DNA of 64,000 nt from Rhina ancylostomus (Eukaryota). The position numbers and the translations under genes were made by a program. The stretch is from positions 4,735,286 through 4,799,285 of the forward strand of contig JARFYF010000064.1 in the NCBI GenBank assembly GCA_030265395.1, written 5' to 3'. Below, piece by piece: positions 36,806-50,000 of this stretch. Below the pieces are notes generated by a model that did no database searches, had not been told where the DNA came from, and saw only the letters and a list, made by a program, of their open reading frames with translations. How positions within the stretch are numbered: position 1 is the stretch's first letter; every line of letters starts with the position of its first letter.

Positions 36806-39800
36806 ATACAAATATATTTGGGGAAAGTGTGGATTCAGTAATTTTGTGAATTTTTAAAAGTCTATTAAAAAGTGAAGTGATAGGTATTTGACATGCTTAA
36901 TGAGCACATGGCAAAAATTCAAATCAATCCCAAGTTTCTGTTGATTATTGTGACACCCTGGATGCCGCACAAGCTTTGAATCATGGATGATTCTCAGGCA
37001 GAGGGACTTGGTGACACCTTCTTTTCAAGGTAAAATCTCTTGTACCTTGTGTATCTTATTGGTCTCCAGTGCCAAAAATCATGCTTGTGTAAAATTCTGT
37101 TTAAATACACAGAAAATGTTACAAAACACGAGTCCCACAATCTCCCATGTCTCAACAGGCACTTCTCTCCAGTACCTTCTTGGATGAAGCAGTAGAGATA
37201 GCAGTGCGGTTTCAGAGGCATCATTAATGACAACTGGTAACAAAGCCAATAGCTGCAATAATATCACACTATTGGAGAGATTGAGAGGAATCTGGAATTA
37301 GATTGGGTAGGATAGTAATCCATGCAGGGCGTGACGAGCTACTGGAACTAGACTTGAATATTTCTTTGGGGAATAAAACAGATTTTGACCTGGTATGCTC
37401 TTTAAAGAAACAATTTTTAAGAGCTGGCATGACCTTTGCATCCAAGTACCAGCCAGATCTGGGTATACTTCTGAGATCAAACTTTATCAGGCTTTTCCAC
37501 ACAAGTACCAAAATAGGCATGCTTGAAAAAGAAATCAAACTCAAAATGTGTGATGCCCCAAGGTCCAAAAGTGTGATTAAAAGATTGATATTTTTCAGAC
37601 AGTTGAATATTAAAGTACATATTGCAATTGATGGTGATGGCATTTGTGTGCCTAATGTTCATCACATTTTAACTCCCTCACCCCACCAAGAGGTCCCTGC
37701 TGATTTACTGAGCAACTAAATTATCTGGTGACTATACAATAGTTTCTGAAAGGTTGTTATCTGTTAAGCTAATGGTTTGAATCTTGGAAATGTAGTGAAA
37801 ACCGATTAGGGATATGGTGGATTGCCAAATTAGGTATTTCTGTCTCTAAGCAGCATTTGTATCTCTAAGCAGTACTGTAATTTCTGTTGCATTACCGCAG
37901 TGGCTACACTTCAGAAGTGCAAATTGACTATGGATTGCTTCGGGAGGGTCTGAGGTTACTCAATCAAATATTTTCCTTTTCGGTTTTTTGCAGCTTATCG
38001 TTGGGAATCTTGCATTCTAACCAGATTCAATGTAAGTAATTTTCTTAAAAGCTCTCCTCCAATCTTCCAATTTTTTTTTAAATTTGGAAATATAGACACG
38101 TTCTGGACCAGAGGGAAAAATCATTACATTTCTAGAAACTTGTAATTATTAATCACATTTTAAATTATCAAAATCCCCATTTCTTCCACACCACTGATAT
38201 CTAGTACTCCCCAGCCTGTCCGGCCGAATCTAGTCATTTATCACTCCACATTAAGTAGTTAAGTCCAAACAAAAGTCGTCCCCAAAAGATTGTTTTATAT
38301 TTAAAACAGAATTACTAATATGCCAGTTTGCTTGAGAAAACTAGAAAAGCTCTAGCAGAATTTACATTCCTTTTAATTGTTAATTTTGCAGAGGACAATC
38401 TGTTTTTGTTTCTACTCAACTGATATCCTAGAAATATGAAGTGAATTCCATTTAGTCAGTACAGATATGCAGTTTTGCAGCCACATTCCATTTTCCCTCC
38501 AGTGTTAAAGTAGGCTGTCTCTTGCCATATCAAAATATTGCTGGTTACAGGTGAATTATCACAGCAAGATGGGGAGACATATTCTTCCTCTGAATCATTG
38601 ACTAGTTTTTTTCAGCGTTGTTCTGGAATGCAATCATAAGAACAGGTTGGATGAATTCTTAGTGTTGGATCTCTGAAGTGTGGAGGCAGAGTGACTTTGT
38701 CTTTGAAATTAGAGAAATTGAGAAAAGCAACCCATAGTAGTTGCTCAATGTGTTTAAAGACCACATTTCCAAAGATGTTTGCAGCACAGAATTTGTTACT
38801 TTAAGCAGGTGAGGTCCTGATAGTAACAAGAAGAACATCAATAGTAGCTTGCATTTGAATAGTATCTTTGATGTCCTAAAATATTCATAGCATCAAAGGG
38901 ATATTAACAAATAAAACTTGACATCAAGTCATATAAGGAAATTTTATGGTAGATAATGAAAAGCTTGAACAAAATAAGGACATAACTGGCAAATTTTCAA
39001 ATTTCTCTAGTTGATGTCAGTGTTGTAAATGTACTGGAAAGCTTATCTACAGTCACAGCTGATTCTAGGACACAAGTCTTCGGTATAGATTTCATATAGT
39101 TCCATAACCTTTGCTGCATTCATTTCTCTTGGTTGCTTCTTGAGATCACATTGAGTGAATCAAATGGCTAAATTCTGGTTACTGTGATGATTCAGATCTC
39201 AGGAAGAAACCAATTACTTGGCACTTCAGGATTGACTTTAGCACTTGTGCCGGGCTTTGTCATTGAGAATTACAATGTGCTGGAACTTCATTTTCCTTCT
39301 GTCCACTGCTTAATTGTGCATCATCATTCATGACAAAATGTGGCAGGACTGCAGAACTTTGATCTGAACCATTGATTGTGGGGTCAGTTAGCTTTGTAAA
39401 TTGTACACTTTCTTGTTTTGCTGTTGATGGTATGTGCTTATCAGGGGATGTTCCATTGTCCACAAATGACCAGATGCCATGAGGCTTCATGAAGATCTGG
39501 AGTCAAAGTGGAGGGCTCCCAGGGATATCCCTTCCTATCTATGTAGCACTACACTGACTCATCTGATGGGTTGGCCCTGTTGGTGGGACAGGACATTCCC
39601 AAGGTTTGTGATAGAGGAATCTGGCATATTTTCTTTAATGTATGATTCTCTATGTATGATTATTAGCCTGTTGCTTGAATATTCCGTCTGCTGGACTTCT
39701 CTCCCAATTTTGGCACCAATCTTGAAATGTTTGATGGGAACTTCATAAGGCTGGCTGGGCTGGGAGGAACATTCCCCCAGTAGTTATGTTTACTTAACAT

Positions 39801-42384
39801 TTTAGTATCTTTGTTATTGGTGTTTAGCACTTAGTACATTATTACATTTATTCTGTAACTGTGTTGCATAGTCAGCTCCAACTTGGGTTGATATAAATTG
39901 GCTTTTCCTATTTTCAAGCCACTGGTTTACTTTTATCTGATTTAACAAAATTGATGGGATATGCAGTCTAAATCTGTTGGAATGGATTCTTGGTACTTTA
40001 TCTACATTCATATTTGTAGTTTCAAATAGTTATGTAATATGCTATTTATCTTCTATAAGGGTGCAGATAGATATAAATAACTGGTATTTTCATTTTAAAA
40101 TTTCTGATCTTTTCATTATAAATTTGGTTTCATTTTGAGCTGTCTTGATATTCTGTTTGCTAGCCAGTATAATCCCATTATAACTGATAGAACTCTGGTC
40201 ATCTTTAGATTCAATTTACAGGAATCTTACCAAGCCATTTTCATATCATTTGCATTTTCTTTTGTTTGCTGCTTTCTTCTATAGAGTAAAACTTCAATAG
40301 TTTGCTGTTTGATTGTTCAGAAATCTCATTGGTACAACATCTGGCTTGTTGGGGTCCTGGTTCCCCCTCTCCCTCTAAACTTGCCAGCTCTTGGTTCCTA
40401 CTCTCCTTTCGAAGTGGCTGGAGCCCCAGTTCCTGCACTCCCTTTAAACTCACTGGTGTAAAGTAACAAATTAATGGAAGAAAAAGAAGTGGAGAGGAGA
40501 AGAAATTTAGGGACCAAAATCTGTTGCCTGATGCTTTGGTAGCTGAAGAAGGTATTGCTACAAATAAATTTAAGGCTATAAAGGAAAGAATTAGAGTAGA
40601 AATATTTTAGTCTTTTAGCAATTACAGGAGGAGTGAGTCAATGGAGTAATTTGAAAAAAGGATATGTGGAACAATCCTTGTGTTGGAGTGTTAATTGGAA
40701 TGATGTCCAGCACCACCAAAGTCCTGTGGTTTGCTATGTTTGCATTTTCATGTATATGACCAGTGTCCAGATGAAGACCTAATGTAAACTTTGATACTTT
40801 GTTTCTCAGAGGCAGGATTAAAATTGATGATCATTGTAAATAAAGTACATTTATAAACAGGCTTGGAAGCAGAACAAAATTTGACACAGCATTAATACTG
40901 CACAACAGAATGTCTAAACCACATCAGAAATATGTTAGATTATTGTAATTGTATACTTGTTATAGTGAAGTCATTCATTTTGCATCTGCCACTTTTATCT
41001 TCATTGGTTATTTTATTTTTTATTATTTTAGTTACTCATGTAATTAAGGTATTTTGAACTTTTTAAAAAAAATGCACTTATCAGGTGTAATTAGAAAAAT
41101 TCTTGTATATTTAATGTGTTGATTTGTTTCTCTTAATGATACCACTTTTCATTTAAGTAAAAATTATTTCTGTCCTCACGGCTTTTGCTGCTAACTCAGT
41201 TGGAGCTTTTTGTCAATTGGATTAAACATTGTTGATAGCTTGTGTGTTAAGTGTGTGAGAGTAAAGTTTGGGAGCATTTCTTCTGGCATCTGGAACACTT
41301 GAGACAATTTTTCTTTAGTTTTTCCTGTACACCAGTTTAATTTTTATAAATCTTCAAAGCATTTGAAAGCATGCATAAATCAAAATTGCAAGTTCTCTGT
41401 GCATGACAAAGTAAGAATGTCCAATAAAACTTCAAATATAAAAATAGGGGCTAAAATCATTATCTGCCCACCACAACTTCTGAAAGTAGTCTTACCTAAT
41501 ACCAGAATGTGATTGTGAATGTGTGCAGCTCTAACAACTCTCAAGAAGCTTGATACCATCCAAGACAAAGCAGCAAGCTTGACTTGAATCCCATCCCAAC
41601 ATTTTAAATGTTCATGCTCTCTACTACTAGCACAAAGTGAACTGCAATTATTTGCATAGATAACTCCAGCAGCAGCATCGATCCCACTATCTCTTCATCC
41701 AAGAAGGGCAAGGGCTTCAGCTACATGGAAACACCACCAACTGGATGTTACCTTCCAAGCCATTGTCCATCCTGACTGGGAAATGTATTGTCATTCCTTC
41801 ATTGTTATTGGGTCTAAATACTAGAACTTCCTCCCCAGTTGCAATGTGGGAGGACCTTCAAGAATGAGCAATAAGCTGTGGCCTTGCCAGTGAATCCCCA
41901 GATCACAAAACTTGTTAAACATGTTGAGTTGTCATTTCTTTTTCCTTTTAAGTTGTCTTTCTGGAAACCATAACATTCTTTTTTTTGGAAATTTTCACTT
42001 TAATATCTTTATGTAACTGGCTTTGGAACTTGCTTGATTCAGAATCTGATGCACCATCTTCAGGTACTTGTTTTGTAATGTTTTTGAGTTGTGTAAATCC
42101 ATGCTACCTTTGATCCAGAAATCTGGAGTCAGTATCGTTGCAGTAACATTTGGTCTATTGAATCTGCCAACTCTAGAGCAATCCAATCAGTGCCATTCCT
42201 CTACCATTTTCTTGTAACCTAGTCAATATTTTCAAATGGGAAAATAATTGCTATGTTTCCATTTAATCAATGTCATTGTAAAAACAAATTTCTTCCTCCA
42301 ATCTCACTGTTTCTTTTCCCATTTTAAATTTGTCTCTCCTGCTCCCTGAACTATGTAATGCTAAAAAAAGCTTTTTTCTTTGGA

Positions 42385-42620
42385 ACGCAAGAAAATGGAG
42401 CAGGAATAGGCCACTGAGCACTTCGAGCCAACCTTGCCATCCATTATGATCATGGCTGATATATGCTGGCCTCAACTCCATTTCTGTGCCAGTTCCTCTC
42501 AACCCTCAATTCTGTGTTTCAAATATTTAACCATCTCCACCTTAAATGTATCAAATGATCTGGCTTAACTGTCCTCAAGGGTAGAGAATTCCAAAGAGTT
42601 GCTCTGAGAGAATAGGGTAT
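42385..42620 (-). mobile_element. CR1/HER1 3' end
   Basis: 'ggagcaggaataggccac..agc.cttcgagcc...tgatcatggctgat'. Confidence 0.75.
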
Positions 42621-43809
42621 TCATTTACCCATCTCTGTTTGGCCTTTCTAAATGTGCCATGATTCTATCATTATCTATCATATACGGTCATATTAATTCT
42701 ATCATATCTAAGAGCAGATAAATCTATTTCGACACCAAATTTTTGGAGAGCTTTGAATAAGTTGCTATAATGCAAGCTAATTTCAAATTATTGGGAAGAA
42801 GCTAACAACATAGATTTTTAGTCACTGGGAATCCCTTTATGGTAGGGGTGAGCCTGGTGAGGACAAGGAGATTTCAGAACGTGTTTTTCTATTAGGTGCC
42901 ATAATATATTTCAAGTTTACTAACTGACTGAACAGGCCAGTGGCATCCTAGCTGGTTTTGCATTTTATTTACAGATTTGGTACCTTTCACTAAGGCCTGT
43001 AATGGATATGAAGCCAGTTTGGGTTATTTTTCTATAAGTTGCATTACTTTTTTTTGTTCTCATGTCTCCATTCTGAATCTAAATAGATGTTCGTAGGTTG
43101 ATTTTGTTTTGTTCTCCAAGTTCTTGTTCTTTCTGAAATACATGAAGTTTTGTCTTACCATACAGTTAAAGGAGGAAAAATCTTGAAACTGAACTCTTAA
43201 ATTAATTGAGCAGTTGGTGAAGTACTGTCATGATGAACGAATGAGTTGCAAGTATCAACTTTCAAAAGACTTTCAATGGGTGACTGGACTTAAATGCACT
43301 TGTCACTCAGTCACAGCATGTGGAGCTAGGGGACAAGTGGCATAATGGAGGAAAACTGGCTACTAAATAGAAAGACAGTAATGACTAACATGATTTGGTC
43401 TGTAAGAAGGTAAATACGCTATTCTACAGGGTTTGGTGCTGGGACTGTTGTTCACCATTTAAAAAATGATGGAACTTTGGAATTGAAAGTATGACTGTGC
43501 AGCTGAATGATGCAGCTAATTTGTCTGAGATGCAGCATGATCTCCAGTGCTGTCTGTGTTGAATTTGTGTATTCTTCTTATGACAGCTTGGGTTTCCTCA
43601 GGGTGCTCCTATGGATAACAAAAAAAAGCAATACCTTTAAGGCCACTGGCTGCAGTGACACACAGTGGTCAACTCCTCCAGAGAAAGAATAACTTCTGTA
43701 TACATTTCAGTTTGTATGTTTTAGCTTGTCAGAACAAACAGGAGTTACTTTTGATTTATTGCAACATTACATAGAGAAAATAACCTATCTTTGGACTTTT
43801 CTCACCATC

Positions 43810-44090
43810 CTTGGCAGTTGTGGCTCACATCGCAACAGTAAACAGTAGAATTGGCAGCACAACTACCCATGTTCCCAACTCCCTAGTGTTCCTGACCCTG
43901 ACCCCGGTTCTGGCTGCAGCCTACTCTCATTCCTGACCCCTGGTGTTCCCGACCCTGGCACAGGCAGCAGACCTATCCACATACCCCACCGCAGCTCTGA
44001 CCGGATACCTATCCATACTCCAGGATCTGGTGCCAGCTGCACATCCAGCCCACACTCTCACCGAAGCTTCGGCCATGACACTATCCATAT
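43810..44090. repeat. Degenerate C-rich minisatellite-like tract
   Basis: Recurring 'gttcctgaccc', 'cctatccat/acc' units. Confidence 0.5.
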
Positions 44091-45519
44091 GTTAACGTAG
44101 CTGTACGTTAACTTGCCCACTAAAATACTGGTGATCACAAAATTTGGGGTGTTATATACACTGAAATTACACGCAAGATGGATGNNNNNNNNNNNNNNNN
44201 NNNNNNNNNNNNNNNNNNNNNNNNNNNNNNNNNNNNNNNNNNNNNNNNNNNNNNNNNNNNNNNNNNNNNNNNNNNNNNNNNNNNTACACGCAAGATGGAT
44301 GCAATTTTACATATTTGTGAATAATAAACATGGTAACTAATAGATAAAAACCTCCCCAGGCTTCTGACCATGGTTTCAGCCGCACACCAACTATTGATAT
44401 TTCATTACTTGCCAGCACAAGAAATAAAATGTAATCCATCTCATGGCAAATAGGATTCACTGCCCACCACAGGCAAAGGGTCTGAGGAACGCTTGATGTT
44501 TGTTTACCAACTCTTCTGGTAGTACATGGCCAATCACAGGAATACAGGGATCTGTGCATAGTAAATCAGTAAATAATGAGAACTTGGTATGTTGTCCACA
44601 AAGTATTCACCTAACAGAATATTAGCTGTTACAAAGTCTGTTTGCCAATAACATTAGTGGGAAAGTGTGCTACTTAGGTCTTGTATAAGGATTACTTGGA
44701 TCACATTTGGGATGATATTGACTACATTTTTAGCTGCATCAGGATTACTTTTTTTTATTAATTTCAGCAAAATGTTAATTAAGTTCATCTGATTTAGAAG
44801 GTGTGCTGTTGGACAGTTGGACAGAATTCAAATGTGATTCTGATTTTTTTGGGACATTGGAACATACTGAAGTTGGTTTGGGTATATTCAGTTTTGCATG
44901 CAAATTGAAATAAAGGTTTTTTATTATTCGTAAAAGAATTGGAATGTTTTGATACCTGGTAACAAAGTTTTTGAGATGTGGTATTTGTGGAAGAGAAGTT
45001 TTGACTCATGTTTTCAGTTTTTGCTAGTAGTTTAGAACAATTTCTTGTGGAGTTTGCACTGTGGAGCTAAAATCCCAGATTGTTAGTTTCCATAGGATTG
45101 CTTTACGACTCTGGGGGGAAAAGGAAGGTGGAAAAGAGTCTCCAAGCTCGGGTTACATTCTACATTCCGCAGTCTACTTTGCTGTGTGTCTGGAGACTTG
45201 CTGGCTACGCTTTAAACATGTAGTTAATTTGACACTGCTCTGGCCTAACCCCTAGTTTGAAGGGTAAGCAGGCAGTGAAGAACGAACTTTGTGTTTCAAA
45301 ACAAAATCATTTTCTGACTGTCAGTATTTCCCTTTGCGTATTAGTTTCAATTTTTGTTTTTAAAAATAAAGTTCTATTCAAACTTTTTTTTAAAAGAAGT
45401 CCATAATTTTCCTTGAAGGTGCAGTGAGCCACTATCTTGAATGACTCCAGTTCTTATGGTGAAGGTACTACCACTGGGGAGGGGTTTCCAGGATTTAGTC
45501 CCAATGAGGATTTGGTCGT

Positions 45520-46653
45520 GGCACTGTAGTTAAATTACCAAACTAGTAGTCCAAATGGGTAGACTAACAGTGCAGAGACCTGAGTTCATATTCCACCACA
45601 ACAGCTGTGGAATTTAAATCCAGTGAATTATCTGGAATTTGGGGAGGGGGTAAAAAATAGCAACTGGTCTTCATAATGAAGACCACAAGAACTACCGGAT
45701 AGTTGTAAAAATCCATCTGATTCATTAACATCCTTCAGGGAAGGAAATCTCCAGTTAGTAATTTGATCTTCATGTGACTCTAGATTTACCCCATTAATTT
45801 GACTCTAAAATGGCCCATCAACCCATTTACTAGTTCATTCAAATGAAGAAAGAAAACAACTGGATGGGCCATCTGACAAAGTCACTCCCATGCTGCATGA
45901 CTTTTCAAAGTCCTTGTGAACATCTGGGGACTGCTGTTAAAAGATGCGCCATATACTAATCATAGTTGCACTTGCAGAATCATATCTCATTGCCAGATAC
46001 TCCATCATAATACCTAGATAAGTCCTGACCCACCGGCAGGACAAACACGTCAAAGGTGGGGACACAAAAGTAAATAAGCCAGAAAGAGTAGCCCTAGGAG
46101 CCCTCCACACTGACTCCATACCTCATGGCATCAGGTAAACATGGACATAGAAACCCCCCCCTAATTTTCGGAGTTCCTCAATGTTAAACAACGGGAAAAC
46201 AATGAAAGTAACATGCAAAGGAAATGTATTCCCACGAAGGGACTTCAGTGTCCATTGGCAAGGGTTGCTTGGTAGTTCCAAGCTGAGCTGTTAGAGTGGA
46301 CTTGTGGCAGGATGTGATTGAACCATTAGGAAAGGTAACCTACTTGACTTTGTCCTCACATATCTGTGGCAGATACATTTGCCTATGGCAGCATTAGCAG
46401 AATCAGCCAACACAATCCATTGCTGAAACAAAGTCCTCTATTCACACTGAGAATGGTTCCATGGTGTTATGTAATACTATAATTGTGCTAAATGAGATAG
46501 ACTCAGAACAGATCTGGCAGCTCAAAGTTGGGAATCCTTGAGAATTGTCATCAGCAGCAGAAATGCACACCACCACAATTGTTGGTCTAAATCCTGGAAC
46601 TCCCTATCCACGGGAGTACCTTGCAGTACATGGGACTGTAGTGGTTTGAGAAG
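45520..46653 (+). mobile_element. Internally deleted LINE: tRNA-like 5' end, endonuclease remnants, 3' end
   Basis: PDIVI.ESYL-like 'catatactaatcatagttgcacttgcagaatcatatct', RQD..KGG, 'GNLLDFVLT', and 'aaatcctggaactccct' 3' motif. Confidence 0.6.
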
Positions 46654-47034
46654 NNNNNNNNNNNNNNNNNNNNNNNNNNNNNNNNNNNNNNNNNNNNNNN
46701 NNNNNNNNNNNNNNNNNNNNNNNNNNNNNNNNNNNNNNNNNNNNNNNNNNNNNNNNNNNNNNNNNNNNNNNNNNNNNNNNNNNNNNNNNNNNNNNNNNNN
46801 NNNNNNNNNNNNNNNNNNNNNNNNNNNNNNNNNNNNNNNNNNNNNNNNNNNNNNNNNNNNNNNNNNNNNNNNNNNNGAGTTTAGTTTTTGGGGTTAATGT
46901 TTAAGATCTAACATTTTTACTTCTAACATTCTAACATTTTTACTTTTATTTTTTGTATTATAAGTAATTATTAATAAAGTAGTTTTTAACATTGATGCAT
47001 GCCTCGGTGTGGTTTTAGTTGCTGGTTCGTAACA
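46654..47034 (+). mobile_element. Probable solo LTR (5' part in N gap)
   Basis: T-rich segment with AATAAA 46973-46978, ending sharply in ..GCTGGTTCGTAACA, the typical LTR 3' terminus; lies between LINE fragments. Confidence 0.5.
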
Positions 47035-47049
47035 CAGGCAAGTGAATAA

Positions 47050-47810
47050 TTTCCATTGTTCTCCTGTCCTGTGCCTTGTAAGTGGTGGAAAACTTTTCAG
47101 GTTTTAGGTGGTGAGTCATACTCTGCAGGAGGATAAGTGGTTATTTGGGATGGTCATTGCTTGGCACTTCTATGGCATATATGTTATCTGCCACTAATCA
47201 GCCCATGCCTGAATGTTTCAGATTTCATTGATTTCAGATTTTCCTGAGCTCTCTGAAACTGTACTTGGTCAAATACTTCCTTTATGCCCAAGGCAGTCAC
47301 TGTTATGTCGCTTCTGGAATTCTCTTCATGAGCCCATGTTTGGACCAAGGCTCTGGTAAGGTCTGGAGCCCAATGGTCTTGGGAAAATCCAAATGAGGCA
47401 TTGGTCGGCATGTTTTTGCTGAGTAAATGCTGCTTGTTTGCACTGTCAACAATATCTTCCATAATTTTGCTGATGATTGAAAGTAGACGGCAGTAGTTAG
47501 TCAGATTAGACTTTGACTACATTTTGTGAATAGTACAACCCTGAGTAACTTTCCATATTGGAAGATAGTTGCTGATGTTGTAATTATAATAAAACATTTT
47601 GGTTGGTGGCACAGTTAGTTCTGGAGTGCAGGTCTTTCAGTATTATAGATGAGATGTTGTTGAGCTTTTGCTGTATCCATTTGCTTTTAACCACTGTTGG
47701 GTATTATTTGGCATGAATCAAATTGCAAATAAATTGGGTTCTGTGATGATGGAGATCTCAGGAGGAAGCCAAGATGAATTATCTATTGAACACTTCAGGT
47801 TGAATGCTTT
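47050..47810 (-). mobile_element. LINE RT fragment (CR1/Jockey group)
   Basis: ORF 47184-47462: SFGFSQDHWAPDL..LVQTW....VTALGIKEVFDQV = QFGFR..HS..D / LDIKAAFDRV RT motifs. Confidence 0.8.
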
Positions 47811-48257
47811 AGTATTGATATATTTATATCTTGTATTTATAGATAATTTTGAAAAATTGTTCCGTTACAGAAATGAGTATCAAGTATGCTTTTATTATGC
47901 ATATGAAAATGAGTGAGAGGATATATATGGATCTTAAAATCCTATTTTAAGAGGGTAGCTTGTGCTTGCAGCAGAGAAGTTTTGCAACACAAATAAGAAA
48001 CTGGTTCAACTTATTGTATTCTTCACTTTTGGTGCTAAAGTGCACTTCAATTCATAGAATCTTAACTCTTTTAGAAACATTTTATTGATATTTGAGCTCC
48101 CATATAACTAGGATTGCAACCACTTAATGCATTCCCTTCAGCCTGATCTAATCTTGTATTGAATTTTGTGTAATTTTACAAGTAGACTATACTGACCTCA
48201 GATGTTTTGTTTGAAAATAGTCATTGATAAAAGAAGAAATGTGTGTATTTCTGTAAT

Positions 48258-48399
48258 AGGGAGACACAAGAGATTCTGCAGATGCCGGAATCCGGAGCAA
48301 CACACAAAGTCTTGATGAAGGGTCTTGACCCGAAACGCTGACTGTTTAATTCCTTCCATAGATGCTGCTTGACCTGCTGAGTTCCTCCAGCACTTTTTA
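48258..48399. mobile_element. Penelope-derived element with decayed hammerhead and perfect 16-bp TSD
   Basis: AGTC-TTGATGA-A-GGGTC(TT)GACCC-GAAAC-GCT-GACT at 48308-48343; TGTGTATTTCTGTAAT at 48242-48257 and 48400-48415. Confidence 0.85.
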
Positions 48400-48409
48400 T
48401 GTGTATTTC

Positions 48410-48730
48410 TGTAATGCCTTGCCCCTTTCAGAACATTTCAAAGTGTTTTACAGCTGGTGAAGCACTTATGAAGTTTAGTCACTGCTGTAATGTAGGAAAT
48501 ATGGTAGCTAAGTTTTGCACAGCAAACTCCCTCCAATTGTAGTCTGATAATCTCTTTGTCTTGTTATTTGAAATATTAATCAAGGACACTGGATAATTCC
48601 CTACCCCCAGTACTGAATGATCAAAGGATCTTTTTTGTCATCCAAAAATGGTACTTCTGACCGTAGAGCAACTACTCAGTGCTTTCTGATCTTTGCATTC
48701 TACGGTCTGAAGTGGGAACTTTATTTGAGA
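48410..48730 (-). mobile_element. Decayed SacSINE1/Deu-SINE-like element
   Basis: 'aaagtgttttacagc..tgaagcact...agtcactgctgtaatgtaggaaa..ggtagctaa.ttt.gcacagcaa'. Confidence 0.7.
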
Positions 48731-49384
48731 CCTCTCTATATTACTTACTCGTATACTTCGAATGCCCCTCTCCTGCACTGCCTCCTTGTGAATCAGATCA
48801 GCATGGAAGAGCCACTTTCTGTGTTAAACAGGCATGTAATGGAGCCAGTCCTAGAAATGTGCTTGATTAGAAAGTTTTGGTGGCATTTGATCTACATCTG
48901 TGCAATTTAAAAGGGCTCTGTACTGGGAGTCCTGCTTAGGCCCCCTTTGTTACTTACAGGCTTTCCTATTTACTTACCCCAGCCCCTGCTCGCTCCTTTC
49001 ACCCTGGGCACAGATCAGCCAATCCATTCCCTCCCTCACCAATAAGTTTTGCTGCTTTGCAATGACCAACTTGCAAGCTGTTAGCAGTGCTGATAAAATG
49101 TTAGACAAGTGTCTTCAGTGTTAAAGCTAGGCTTTGTAGGAATGAAATAAGTTTTTTTTTGTATATGCAGATATAGTAGAAATCCCCTTTTACCCATCTC
49201 AAAAGTCTTTGGATGCTCAGTCATTTGATGTATGGATTATCTGGTCAACAAATTATTGCAAATCATAGGGCTTTGTGAGCAAATTCCTTACTGCTTTCCC
49301 TATGTTATAAGGCAAAAGTGATCTTTTATTAGATATTAAAAGGATGGGGAAAGAGATGGGTAAATGAAGTTGAAATACAGATCC

Positions 49385-50000
49385 TGTGGCTTAGATGGAG
49401 CAGAATTTGTTAGGTGCATCCAGGACAGTTTCTTGAAACTATGTGTGTAGTCCAGTTAAGGATGGGGCCATACTAGACCTTGTATACAGGAATGAGCCTG
49501 GCCAGATGATTGAAGTTTCAGTGAGGGAGCACTTTGGGAATAGTGATCATAAATCTGTAAGTTTCAAGATAGTTATGGATAAGAATAAAACTGGTCCTCC
49601 AGTATAAGTGCTAAAGGGGGTGAAGGCTAATTAAAACAGCATTAGGCAGGAACTGGGGGAGTTAGATCGGGAGAAGCTGTTTGAAGGTAAATCTATTTTT
49701 GACATATGAGAGTCTTTTAAAGGCCAGCTGGATAGAGTTCACGACCAGCATGTTTCAGGGAGGATACAAGATAAGATGGCAAGGTTCAGGAACCTTGGAT
49801 GACGGGTTATTGTAAGTTTAGTCAAAAAGGAAAACAAACCACGTGAAAGGTTGAGGAAGCTGAAATTGGACAATGCTCTTAAGGAATATAAAGGAAGCAG
49901 GAAAGAACTTAAACATGGAATTAGGAGGGCCATGAAATGTCCTTGGCAAGTGGAGTTAAGGAGAATCCCAAGGCACTTTATGTATGTTAGGAGTGAGGAA
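49385..50000 (+). mobile_element. CR1 ORF2 internal fragment (endonuclease C-terminus and tether)
   Basis: LDGAEFVRCIQDSFL...GAILDLVYRNEPGQMIEVSVREHFGNSDH, then RKELKHGIRRA. Confidence 0.85.
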
